A stretch of 64,000 nt of DNA from Symbiobacterium thermophilum (GTDB lineage: Bacteria; Bacillota; Sulfobacillia; DYFQ01): NCBI GenBank assembly GCA_020725105.1, contig DYFQ01000004.1, positions 3,127-67,126 of the forward strand, given 5' to 3'. A model generated the notes under the pieces. It had not been told where the DNA came from. It made no database searches and was given only the letters and a program-made list of their open reading frames with translations. Shown in pieces: positions 9,228 to 17,657 of this stretch. The position numbers and the translations under genes were made by a program. Positions within the stretch are counted from its first letter, which is position 1, and every line of letters starts with the position of its first letter.

Positions 9228-9890
9228 CGACCCGGCCTGCCGGTACAGGGGATGCGCCACGTTGACCGGGGCGTGGTCGTACTCCCACGTGTCCGCGGGA
9301 ACGTGCACCGCCCAGACGCCGTTGGCCAGGGCCGGCTGAACGTCGGAAGAGAGTGAGTTCCCCACCACCACCGTCAGGTGGGACGGCCGCCCGTCCAGGT
9401 GCTCCCGAAGGGTCGCCGGCGTCTTGCGGGACACGGTGTAGACGGCATCCACCAGCCGCGCCAGGCCTGACCGGACCACTTTGGCCCGCTGGACCTCGGG
9501 ATCGCCGGCCGTCCAGATGACCACCTCGAACCCTTCCTGACGGCACCAGCGCAGCAGCGGCTCCGCGCCGTCCAGCAGGCGCTGGGGCTGTTCGTAGGCC
9601 CAGTCGGCGTGGGCCCGTACCTGGCGGAGGACCCCGGGGTCGGGTTCCCGGCCCACCCGGTGGCAGAGTTCCCGGTAGCAGGCGGACCAGGCGGTGGGAA
9701 AGCTCTGGCGGGTCAAGCCCATGGTCCTGGCGATCTCCAGGTCGAGCCGGTTGCCCGTCTCCGCCACCACATGGGGCTCCAGCCCGAGTTCGCGGCTGAT
9801 GAGATCCACCATGGCCTCGATGGCCTGCCTGAAGAAGCCGATGTTCTCGGCCAGCGTGTCGTCCCAGTCGATGAACGCGTGAGCGCGCAC
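9174..9890 (-). CDS. HAD-superfamily hydrolase
   Basis: DxD motif FIDWDDTL sits at residues 7-13 when the GTG at 9890 is used (RBS GGGTGGGGGG). The longer tracked ORF has 140 aa of low-complexity leader that overlaps pheA. Confidence 0.6.
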   Translation of the reverse strand: MRAHAFIDWDDTLAENIGFFRQAIEAMVDLISRELGLEPHVVAETGNRLDLEIARTMGLTRQSFPTAWSACYRELCHRVGREPDPGVLRQVRAHADWAYEQPQRLLDGAEPLLRWCRQEGFEVVIWTAGDPEVQRAKVVRSGLARLVDAVYTVSRKTPATLREHLDGRPSHLTVVVGNSLSSDVQPALANGVWAVHVPADTWEYDHAPVNVAHPLYRQAGSLREVPVLLATLLPRRTA

Positions 9891-10160
9891 CAGGGTCCCC
9901 CCACCCGCGTCCGGGTCACCGGCGGACCAGCCCCGGCGGCCGGTTCCCCCGCGCGCTGACCCTTCTTGACCGGCGGTCCGCTTCCCTCCCTGACCGGCCG
10001 CCGGCAGGCCGCGCCCGTTGGCGGGGGCCTGGGCGGGGGAAGGGGAATGTGCTACCATGGTGGCGTTATCCTCCGGGTGCATCCGGCGGGAGTATCTCGC
10101 GGCCAGGCGTCCCGGCCGTGCTCCCGGCCACCGGCAGCACGTGGCAGGAGGGATGAGCTC

Positions 10161-11003
10161 GTGGCGACGACGGCCCCGGCCGGGGGGCCGGTGGCCTTCC
10201 AGGGCGAGCGGGGCGCCTACGGCGAAGAGGCGGTCCGCCGGTTCTTCGGACCGGTCGAGGTCCTCCCCTGCCGCACCCTGCCCGAGGCCTTTGCCGCCGT
10301 GGCCACCGGACGGGCGGGCCACGCGGTGGTACCCGTAGAGAACTCCCAGGCCGGGAGCATCAACCAGACCTACGACCTGCTGCTGGACGGCAACCTCACC
10401 ATCGTCGGGGAGGTGGAGCTACCCGTCCGCCACTGCCTGCTGGCCCTGCCGGGCCAGCGCGTGGCCGACATCCGCCAGGTCTGGTCCCACCCCCAGGCCC
10501 TGGCCCAGTGCGAGCGCTTCCTGGCCGGCCTCCAGGCGGAACTGCTGGCGACGTACGACACGGCGGGGAGCGCCAGGCTCATTGCCGAGCAGGGGCTCCG
10601 GGGTATTGCCGCGGTGGCCAGCCGCACCGCGGCGGAGCGGTACGGCCTTGAAGTCCTGGCCGCGGACATCCACACCAGCCCCCACAACCTGACCCGTTTC
10701 CTGGTACTGGGTACCGGACCGGCGCCCCGGACAGCCAGGGCCAAGACATCCCTCGTCCTGGTCACCCGGCACGAGCCCGGGGCGCTCCATCACTGTCTGG
10801 GTGCCCTGGCCGGCCGCGGGATCAACCTGGAGAAGCTGGAGTCACGGCCCACCCGCAACCGCCCGTGGGAATATCTCTTCTACCTCGACCTGGACGGCCA
10901 CGCGGAGGATCCCAACGTCCGGGAAGCCCTGGCCGACCTGGCCTCCCGGGCCGCCTCCATCAGGATCCTGGGGTCGTATCCCCGAGCCACGAGCCCCGCT
11001 TGA
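10161..11003 (+). CDS. pheA: Prephenate dehydratase
   Basis: PDT domain (VAFQGERGAYGEEA, ENSQAGSINQTYDLL) plus a C-terminal ACT domain (TSLVLVTRHEPGALHHCLGALAGRGINL, ESRPTRNRPWEYLFYLD). GTG start with GGAGGG RBS and a 9-nt spacer. Confidence 0.85.
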   Translation: MATTAPAGGPVAFQGERGAYGEEAVRRFFGPVEVLPCRTLPEAFAAVATGRAGHAVVPVENSQAGSINQTYDLLLDGNLTIVGEVELPVRHCLLALPGQRVADIRQVWSHPQALAQCERFLAGLQAELLATYDTAGSARLIAEQGLRGIAAVASRTAAERYGLEVLAADIHTSPHNLTRFLVLGTGPAPRTARAKTSLVLVTRHEPGALHHCLGALAGRGINLEKLESRPTRNRPWEYLFYLDLDGHAEDPNVREALADLASRAASIRILGSYPRATSPA

Positions 11004-11234
11004 GGCTTCGCTCCTCCTGCCCGGCCCGGCAAGTGACCGGCGGACCCTGTTGCATGCAAACGCTTGCGCGCTCGCGGCCGGCCTCTCGCCGGCTTGAAGT
11101 CCGTCAACTGCCGGCAAAACCCTCCACCCCTGTCAGAGCAGGCGCCAAAGGGCACGGGCTCGGCAGGCGCTGGTCTTCTGGGCGAAGGGTTACCGACCCC
11201 GGTCTGCAACCGGTTGCGCATACCGGGCCGTCCT

Positions 11235-11576
11235 TCACTCCTCGCCTCCGGCCGAGGTCTCCTCCGCCACCCAGCTCAGGTAGTCGGGATTGCCCTGGAG
11301 GACCGGCAGGGCGTTGACGGCCGGCACGGAGTAGCTGTGGAGTTCTTTCACGGCGGCGATCAGCCGGTCGAAGCAGGCCCGCCTCGTCTTCAGCAACAGC
11401 AGGGCCTCCCGGTCCTCGGTCAACTGGCCCTGCCAGTGGTAGTAGGAAGCGATAGCGGGAACGATGTTGGCGCAGGCGGCCAGGCGCCTGGCGACGACCT
11501 CGCGCCCGATGCGGCGCGCCTCTTCCTCGTCACTCGCGGTGATGTAGACGACGATGAACTCGCCATTCGCCGCCAT
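11235..11576 (-). CDS. cutA: Divalent-cation tolerance protein CutA
   Basis: 113 aa with CutA1 signature (FIVVYITASDEEEARRIGREVVARRLAACANI, KTRRACFDRLIAAVKELHSYSVPA). Confidence 0.85.
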   Translation of the reverse strand: MAANGEFIVVYITASDEEEARRIGREVVARRLAACANIVPAIASYYHWQGQLTEDREALLLLKTRRACFDRLIAAVKELHSYSVPAVNALPVLQGNPDYLSWVAEETSAGGEE

Positions 11577-11580
11577 GGTG

Positions 11581-12171
11581 TCACACCTTCCCCTCGCGCC
11601 CGGCCGGGGCGTCGGCCAGCCGCATGGCCAGAAAACGCTGAAGGTCTTCCATTCCCGGCGGCAACTGGCTGGTCCGCAGCCGCGACTCGGCCTCCCTCAC
11701 GGCCGCCCAGGCGGCCGTGACCACCTCGGCGGAGTAGTTGTAACGCCGCCTGGCGGTTTCGAATTCATCCCGGCCGGCGACGGTGACCGGACCGCCCGGG
11801 GTGCCCACCACTTCCAGTTCCAGGTCAACCCAGGCCAGGGTGCCCGACCGGTAGACAAACCCTGGCAGGCAGACGTGAAAGTAGACCCGGTCAAGCCGGC
11901 CGTCGGGCCGGTAGTCGCCAAAGCAGTTGTACCAGTGCCGGGCACGGAAAACGCCCACGCAGGGGCGGTCCTGTTTGAGGACGAGACCCCTCCCCCGGTG
12001 GTCGAGGGAAGTGCCGGGGGCGATGTACAGCGCCAGGTCCTTCCCCGGCCGGTAGGCAACCTGACGGGCGGGGTACTGCACGTGCAGTTCCCCCCGGTAC
12101 TTGCGTACGGCGACGGTCACGGCGGGGCCGGCACGGGCCACCTCCAACCACTGCTCGAGCGACCGCTCCAT
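11581..12171 (-). CDS. DUF402-family protein (possible nucleoside tri/diphosphatase)
   Basis: 196 aa sitting 4 nt upstream of cutA. GGAAGGAGAGGGAGA RBS. The DUF402 assignment rests on a weak motif-level resemblance. Confidence 0.5.
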   Translation of the reverse strand: MERSLEQWLEVARAGPAVTVAVRKYRGELHVQYPARQVAYRPGKDLALYIAPGTSLDHRGRGLVLKQDRPCVGVFRARHWYNCFGDYRPDGRLDRVYFHVCLPGFVYRSGTLAWVDLELEVVGTPGGPVTVAGRDEFETARRRYNYSAEVVTAAWAAVREAESRLRTSQLPPGMEDLQRFLAMRLADAPAGREGKV

Positions 12172-12486
12172 TCTCCCTCTCCTTCCCCGCCGCTACCCTG
12201 CCGGGGCGCCACCCGGTGGTTCGTGGGGTGGCCGGGGCAACCCTGCCGGAGCAGCCCCGAGACGGGCAGGTCGGGACGGAGCAAGAGGCGGTTTTCCCGG
12301 ACCGATATTTCCCTGGAAAATTCGACGAGCAGCAGATGCCGAGACAGAGCAGCGGCCGGGCCGCTAGGGATCGCCGATCATGCCCCGGCCGAAGCTTCCC
12401 TGCCAACACGGCACGCTGGCCGCACGGCCTCCTGACCTCGTGAGGCCCCGCCCGCCACGGCCGGGAGCGACCGGCGGCGGGTAGCG

Positions 12487-12840
12487 TCACTCCGCCTGGG
12501 GGTGCCGAACCGGCGATACGTCCGCCTGTTGTCGGCGGGCGGCGGGCAGGCGCTCTTGCACCGCCTCGACCATGGTTTCCATGTCCACCGGGCGGTCGCG
12601 GCGCTCGTCGATGGTTATCTCGGTAACCACCCGGGGCGCCCCCCGGTCGAGCACGGTGCCGTGGACTTTCTGGGCCACGGCGAACAGGTCGGCCCGGTTG
12701 CCCTCCACCACCGTCCCCGTGGCCGTCAGGTCGTACTTCAGCCCGGCCGCCTCGATCGCGCGGCACGCTTCCGTAACGTAACTGGAAAAGCTGGCCGACT
12801 CGGTCCCGACCGGCGTGACTCGGATCTCCATGACCGGCAT
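12487..12840 (-). CDS. MTH1187/YkoF-family (DUF77) small ligand-binding protein
   Basis: The MPVMEIRVTPVGT...AGLKYDLTATGTVVEG pattern is typical of MTH1187/YqgV. ATG at 12840 with GGAAAGAGGAGGG RBS. A 177-nt GC-rich leader lies upstream. Confidence 0.7.
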   Translation of the reverse strand: MPVMEIRVTPVGTESASFSSYVTEACRAIEAAGLKYDLTATGTVVEGNRADLFAVAQKVHGTVLDRGAPRVVTEITIDERRDRPVDMETMVEAVQERLPAARRQQADVSPVRHPQAE

Positions 12841-13017
12841 CCACTGGCCCTCCTCTTTCCGCATGAACCTCCGGCCTCGCGCGAGACCTATTGTGCCCGG
12901 GGCGGCCGGCCACGCCACCAGCCGGCGCCGTCCGGCCGGGAACCGGAGCGGGGCACCCCGCCCTCCTCGCCCCGCCGCCGGGGCTGCGGTTCTCGGGAGT
13001 GCCCCGGTTTTCCCCTC

Positions 13018-13875
13018 CTAGCTGGCCGAGACTTCCTGGAAGGCGGGAGGGAAGTAGTTCCCGCCGTGGACGGACCGGATCCCGGCAACGAGCTCGGAGC
13101 TTGCGGCCCGCTTGGGGATGAACCCCACCGCGCCGGCCTTCCTGGCGACGACCATGTTCTCTTCCTCGTCGTACTGGGTCAGGATCAGCACCCGGATGTC
13201 GGGATACTGCTGCACTATCCGCCTGGTCGCTTCCAGACCGTTCAGCCCCGGCATCAGTATGTCCATCAGCACCACGTGGGGCCTCAAGACGGGCACCTTC
13301 TCGATGGCGTCGCGGCCGTCAACGGCTTCTCCCACCACCTCCATGCCCCTCTGCAGCCTCACCACGGCGCAGATGCCGTCCCTGACAATGGCGTGGTCGT
13401 CCGCTATCAAGACCTTGATCGTGCGCGGGGCAGCCTCGAGTAGTTCCCGAATTCGTGGCACCAGTGAGGCGGGCTCCACGGGCTTGGTGACGTAGTCCTC
13501 GGCCTCGAGCTGCATGCCCTCCGACCGCGTCCATCCCCGGATGGAACGTTCCTCGGACCGGGCATCAACCACCACCAGGGGCACCTGACGCCACCTGGGG
13601 TGCCGCTTCACCCACTGGTGCAAGGAGAAAGCCTGTCCTGCCGGGGCGAGCGTGCCCAGCACCACCAGGTCTGGCTCCACGGCGGCCATCAGTTCCCGGG
13701 CCTGGGCACTGTCAGAGGCGGTGAAGACCCGGTACGACCTGGCCTCCAGGGTCCGGCAAAAGGCCTGCACAAAAGCGGGCTCGTCGTCGACGATCATGAT
13801 GCGGCCCCCACCCCCGGGACCGGCCGCCCGTGCCGGTCCGGAATGGAGCAGTCTCCCGCGCTCCGCGTCTGTCAT
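13018..13875 (-). CDS. Response regulator with two tandem receiver (REC) domains and no output domain
   Basis: REC1 (RIMIVDDEP...LVVLGT...) and REC2 (KVLIADDHAIVRDG...VVLMDILMPGLNGLEATRRI...LILTQYDEEENMVVARKAGAVGFIPK), then the ORF ends. M1 carries the strongest RBS (AAAGGAGGGA). An alternative start is 13797. Confidence 0.75.
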   Translation of the reverse strand: MTDAERGRLLHSGPARAAGPGGGGRIMIVDDEPAFVQAFCRTLEARSYRVFTASDSAQARELMAAVEPDLVVLGTLAPAGQAFSLHQWVKRHPRWRQVPLVVVDARSEERSIRGWTRSEGMQLEAEDYVTKPVEPASLVPRIRELLEAAPRTIKVLIADDHAIVRDGICAVVRLQRGMEVVGEAVDGRDAIEKVPVLRPHVVLMDILMPGLNGLEATRRIVQQYPDIRVLILTQYDEEENMVVARKAGAVGFIPKRAASSELVAGIRSVHGGNYFPPAFQEVSAS

Positions 13876-13949
13876 CCTGGCCGTCCCTCCTTTACCGCGG
13901 TGTTCGACCGGGCCGCCCGGCGCGCTCGAGCCGCGCCTCGCCGGGCCGA

Positions 13950-14861
13950 TCAGTGACGCAGTACCTCGAGCTCCGCTGCCTCCAGGATGTCAGGCACCGC
14001 CTTCTCGTTGCCAACGGCCATGATGTGGACACCGTGGCATAGACGCTCCTCCCGGATGGCCCTCACGAACCGGGCGGCGATCTCTATGCCCTTGTCGCGC
14101 CCCTTCCCTTTCCCCGCCGAGGTCAACTCCTCGATGATGGCCCCGGGAACGGTGATCCCGGGGACGTTGTCGTTCATGAACCTGGCCATCCTGACCGAGG
14201 TGAGGACGATGATGCCGGCCAGGACGTACACATCGAACTGCGAGGCATACTGCATGAACCGGCGAAGGCTGGCCAGGTCGAAGATCCCCTGGGTCTGAAA
14301 GAACCGGGCCCCTGCGGCCACCTTCTTCTCGAACTTGATGAGCTGGGGCTCAATGAAGTCCGCCTCGGGGTGCACGGTCGCTCCGGCAAAGAACCGCGGG
14401 GCGCCCCGCAACGGGTTTCCGGAGAGATCCTGGCCGGACTCCAAGGTCCCCACCAGCCGCAGGAGCTGGACCGAGTCAAGGTCAAATACCGGCTTGGCCT
14501 CCTTGTGGTCTCCCACGTCCACCGAGTCGCCGGTCAGGCAGAGAACGTTGGTGATCCCCCGGGAATAGGCCAGGAGGAGGTCTGCCTGCAGGGCCAGGCG
14601 GTTGCGGTCCCGGCAGGTCACCTGCAGGATGGGTTCACCCCCGCGCTCCTTCACCAGGAGGCAGCCTCCCAGCGAGGGGAAACGCATCACCGAGCTCTGG
14701 TTGTCGGTGACGTTGATCGCGTCCACTCTGGTCTTGAGCAGGTCGATGAGGTGAACCAGCTCCGAGGCGTCCGCGCCCTTGGGCGGGCCGACCTCCGCGG
14801 TCACCACGAACTCGCCGGAGTTCAGTTTCTCCTCAAGCAGGCTGTGGGCCATCTGTCTCAC
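13950..14861 (-). CDS. metF: Methylenetetrahydrofolate reductase, catalytic subunit
   Basis: Full-length MTHFR TIM barrel (FVVTAEVGPPKGAD, QVTCRDRNRLALQADLL, YVLAGIIVLTS). Confidence 0.9.
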   Translation of the reverse strand: MRQMAHSLLEEKLNSGEFVVTAEVGPPKGADASELVHLIDLLKTRVDAINVTDNQSSVMRFPSLGGCLLVKERGGEPILQVTCRDRNRLALQADLLLAYSRGITNVLCLTGDSVDVGDHKEAKPVFDLDSVQLLRLVGTLESGQDLSGNPLRGAPRFFAGATVHPEADFIEPQLIKFEKKVAAGARFFQTQGIFDLASLRRFMQYASQFDVYVLAGIIVLTSVRMARFMNDNVPGITVPGAIIEELTSAGKGKGRDKGIEIAARFVRAIREERLCHGVHIMAVGNEKAVPDILEAAELEVLRH

Positions 14862-15525
14862 CCGGGCCGCCGGCCCTGCTGGTGATCCTCCGCGGACGGG
14901 GAATCGTCCGGAAGTTCCTGGGCGGATAGTACCGGCGCATCTTCTCCAGCTGGTTCAGGGTTTCCAGCCGGCGGTAGATCAGCACCCAGCCGCAGTCCAT
15001 TTCCGGGCTGGCCTCGCACTTGCCGTTCTTGGTACCGGCGCACGGACCGTTGAGCATCCCCTTGGTGCAGCGGGTGATCGGACAGATGCCACCGGTATCG
15101 GCCAGCCGGCAGTCGCCGCAGGCGGCGCACCGCTCGTCCCAGACCCCCCACTCGTCCGCCATGCCCACGAAGGAGGTATTGACTCCGGGCAGCACCGGCA
15201 GGTCGGGGAAATGCTCGGCTATGGCCTGGACTCCCACGCCACAGCCAAGGGACAGCACGGCGTCCACCTCCGCGACCCTGTCCTTGAGCAGGTCCAAGAA
15301 CTCGAGGTCGCACTGCCGCTTCAGGGTGTGCTCGAGGAAGATCCGCGGCTCTCCCCCAGCCCGCGCCCGCGCCACCCTGAGGGCATGGTGCAGATAGGAG
15401 ACCTCGCGCTCGCCCCCGGCACCGCACACGGTCATGCAGGTGCCGCAGCCCACGATGAGGACCCTGGAGTAGGGGGCGAGCATCCTTGCCATCTCGTCCA
15501 GGGGCTTTTGCTCCGCGATGATCAA
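14833..15525 (-). CDS. metV: Methylene-THF reductase small subunit (MTHFR_C, Cys-rich)
   Basis: Cys motifs CGTCMTVCG and CAACGDC...CPITRCTKGMLNGPCAGTKNGKCE are characteristic of MetV in acetogens. Its ATG overlaps the stop of the upstream oxidoreductase (ATGA). Confidence 0.8.
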   Translation of the reverse strand: MIIAEQKPLDEMARMLAPYSRVLIVGCGTCMTVCGAGGEREVSYLHHALRVARARAGGEPRIFLEHTLKRQCDLEFLDLLKDRVAEVDAVLSLGCGVGVQAIAEHFPDLPVLPGVNTSFVGMADEWGVWDERCAACGDCRLADTGGICPITRCTKGMLNGPCAGTKNGKCEASPEMDCGWVLIYRRLETLNQLEKMRRYYPPRNFRTIPRPRRITSRAGGPGETDGPQPA

Positions 15526-17657
15526 CGGCCTGCCTCCCGCCTCATGACCTCGGCCAGGTAGAGCCCGCCGACCCGCTCCACGAACCGGTCAAGCTCGACG
15601 GCCAGGTTCTCCGCGCCGCCCGCCAGCACGAACGCCTGAAGCCGCCCGGGCTCCACTCCGACCTGGGCCAGAGTCTTGCGCACCCTTTCCACTCGCTGGC
15701 GAAGCCAGAGATCGGTGTTTTCGCGGGCGCACTGCTCGCCGCACCCGGCCACGAAGACTGCCTCGCCGCCGAGCTCGAAGGCCTTCAGAAGGTGCTCTGC
15801 CTCGACCTTGGCCGCACACAGCACCGGCACGATCCAGACTCCCGCCCTCGCCCGCCGCCAGACTCCCGCCAGCGAGTGGGTGCCAAACAGCCCGTACTGG
15901 CAGCAAAAGCCAAGGATCAGGGGCCTGACCTTGGCCTCCGCGGCGGCATTCAAAGCGTGTTCAAGCTCCTCGTCGACCTGGCGTCGATCGTGTGGCTTGC
16001 GCAGGGCAATGGCGCGGGCAGGGCACTCTCCGACGCAGACGCCGCAGGCCTGGCATTGCTCCGGCGGTATCCGCACGTTGCCAGCCTCGTCAAGCCGGGG
16101 AACGTGGTATGGGCAGACCCTGAGGCAGGTGAGGCAGGCGGCGCACTTATCCTGGAAGAGGATCTCGGCACCCATCCCGCAGCGCAGGCACCGCCTGGCC
16201 TCGCTGACCGCGGCCTCCCAGTCGTACACCGCCTCGACCGGCTCGAAGCCCTTGCGCCTCGCCTCGGGCGCCAGCACGGGGGGCTCCATCCGCCCCGTCC
16301 GCCTGATCACCTCGACCGTGCGGGGTTCCAGGTCGCCTTCCAGCCTGGGCCCCGGGTCGCGGGGCTTGGGGTAACGGTGCTGCAAGTAGTCGTCAATGCG
16401 GTGGGCGGCCAGCCTGCCCTGGGCGAGGGCCCGCACGGCGGTGGCGGGACCGCTCACGGCGTCTCCACCCGCGAACACGCCCGGCCGGTTGGTGGCGAGA
16501 GTGACCGGGTCGACCTGTATGGTACTGCCTCTGCCGGTGCGGAGGCGGAAGTCCTCGGGAACCTGGGGCACCTGGCCGATGGCCGTGATCAGGGTGTCAC
16601 AGGACAGGTGGGTCGTCGTGCTCTCATCGTAGGTGGGGCTGAACCTTCCGTCCGCATCGAACACGCTAACGCACCGTATGCACTGCACGCCGGTGACGTG
16701 GCTATCCCCGCTGATCGCCCCGGGGCCCCAGCCGCAGTTGAGCGCAACGCCTTCCTCCACGGCCGCCTCTACGTCCTCGGCGGACCCCGGCATCTCCTCC
16801 CGCTTTTCCAGGCACACGACGTGCACCTCTCGCGAGCCCAGCCGCAGCGCCGTGCGGGCTGCGTCCATGGCCACGTTTCCGCCGCCTATGACAACCACCC
16901 GGTCGCCCAGGGAGGGCTTGAGGCCGAGGTTCACCTCCCTGAGGAAGGTGATGGCGTCCACCACTCCGGGGAGGTCCTCCCCCGGAACCCCGAGGCGGCG
17001 GCTCTGCTGGGCTCCGACGGTGACGAAGATCGCCCGGTAACCTAGCTGGAACAGCAGGTCCAGCGAGACCACGCGGGTGTTGGTCCGGATCTCCACCCCC
17101 ATGCGGGTCAGTCGCTCGACCTCAGCGTCCAGCACCGCCCGCGGCAGCCGGTACTGGGGAACCCCGCCCCGGAGCATCCCCCCCACCTCCGGGTGGGCCT
17201 CGAAGATGGTGACGGGATACCCTAGCTTGCGGAGGTAGTAAGCGCAGGCCATGCCGGCCGGACCTGAGCCAACGATGGCTACCCGCTCACTGTGGATCGT
17301 CTCCGCCTCCGTTTGCACCAGCCTGTCCCCGCCGAACTCGACCGCGAACCGCTTGAGCGCCCGGATGGCCACCGCGTTGTCCACCTGGGCCCGCCTGCAC
17401 TGGTCCTCACAGGGATGGCTGCACACGTACGCGCAGATCGAGGGAAAGGGGTTGCCGCTCCTGATCACCCGCAGCGCCTCGAGGATCCGACCCTGGGCCA
17501 CCAGGTCAACATATTCCCTTATGTCCTGGTACAATGGGCAGGCCGCCTGGCAGGGCGGGACCAGGCTCCGGTCGGCGAGCTGCCCCGTACCGGCCCTGGG
17601 GACTGGTGGCGCCGGGCTTGCCGGCGTGAAGCGCACGGCCTGTTCTCCTGCTATCAT
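15522..17657 (-). CDS. Fusion oxidoreductase: GltD/NfnB-like NAD(P)H-binding FAD/FeS module + 2x[4Fe-4S] ferredoxin domain + C-terminal MvhD-like domain
   Basis: N-terminus has GltD/DPD-type FeS (CQAACPLYQDIREYV...ICAYVCSHPCEDQC), then two dinucleotide-binding folds (VAIVGSGPAGMACA; VVVIGGGNVAMDAA). The ferredoxin domain reads CLRCGMGAEILFQDKCAACLTCLRVCP...CQACGVCVGECP. The MvhD-like domain is LILGFCCQYG...VPVLCAAKVEAEHLLKAFELGGEAVFVAGCGEQC. ATG at 17657 overlaps the kinase stop in ATGA fashion, and the stop overlaps the metV start. Confidence 0.8.
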   Translation of the reverse strand: MIAGEQAVRFTPASPAPPVPRAGTGQLADRSLVPPCQAACPLYQDIREYVDLVAQGRILEALRVIRSGNPFPSICAYVCSHPCEDQCRRAQVDNAVAIRALKRFAVEFGGDRLVQTEAETIHSERVAIVGSGPAGMACAYYLRKLGYPVTIFEAHPEVGGMLRGGVPQYRLPRAVLDAEVERLTRMGVEIRTNTRVVSLDLLFQLGYRAIFVTVGAQQSRRLGVPGEDLPGVVDAITFLREVNLGLKPSLGDRVVVIGGGNVAMDAARTALRLGSREVHVVCLEKREEMPGSAEDVEAAVEEGVALNCGWGPGAISGDSHVTGVQCIRCVSVFDADGRFSPTYDESTTTHLSCDTLITAIGQVPQVPEDFRLRTGRGSTIQVDPVTLATNRPGVFAGGDAVSGPATAVRALAQGRLAAHRIDDYLQHRYPKPRDPGPRLEGDLEPRTVEVIRRTGRMEPPVLAPEARRKGFEPVEAVYDWEAAVSEARRCLRCGMGAEILFQDKCAACLTCLRVCPYHVPRLDEAGNVRIPPEQCQACGVCVGECPARAIALRKPHDRRQVDEELEHALNAAAEAKVRPLILGFCCQYGLFGTHSLAGVWRRARAGVWIVPVLCAAKVEAEHLLKAFELGGEAVFVAGCGEQCARENTDLWLRQRVERVRKTLAQVGVEPGRLQAFVLAGGAENLAVELDRFVERVGGLYLAEVMRREAGR

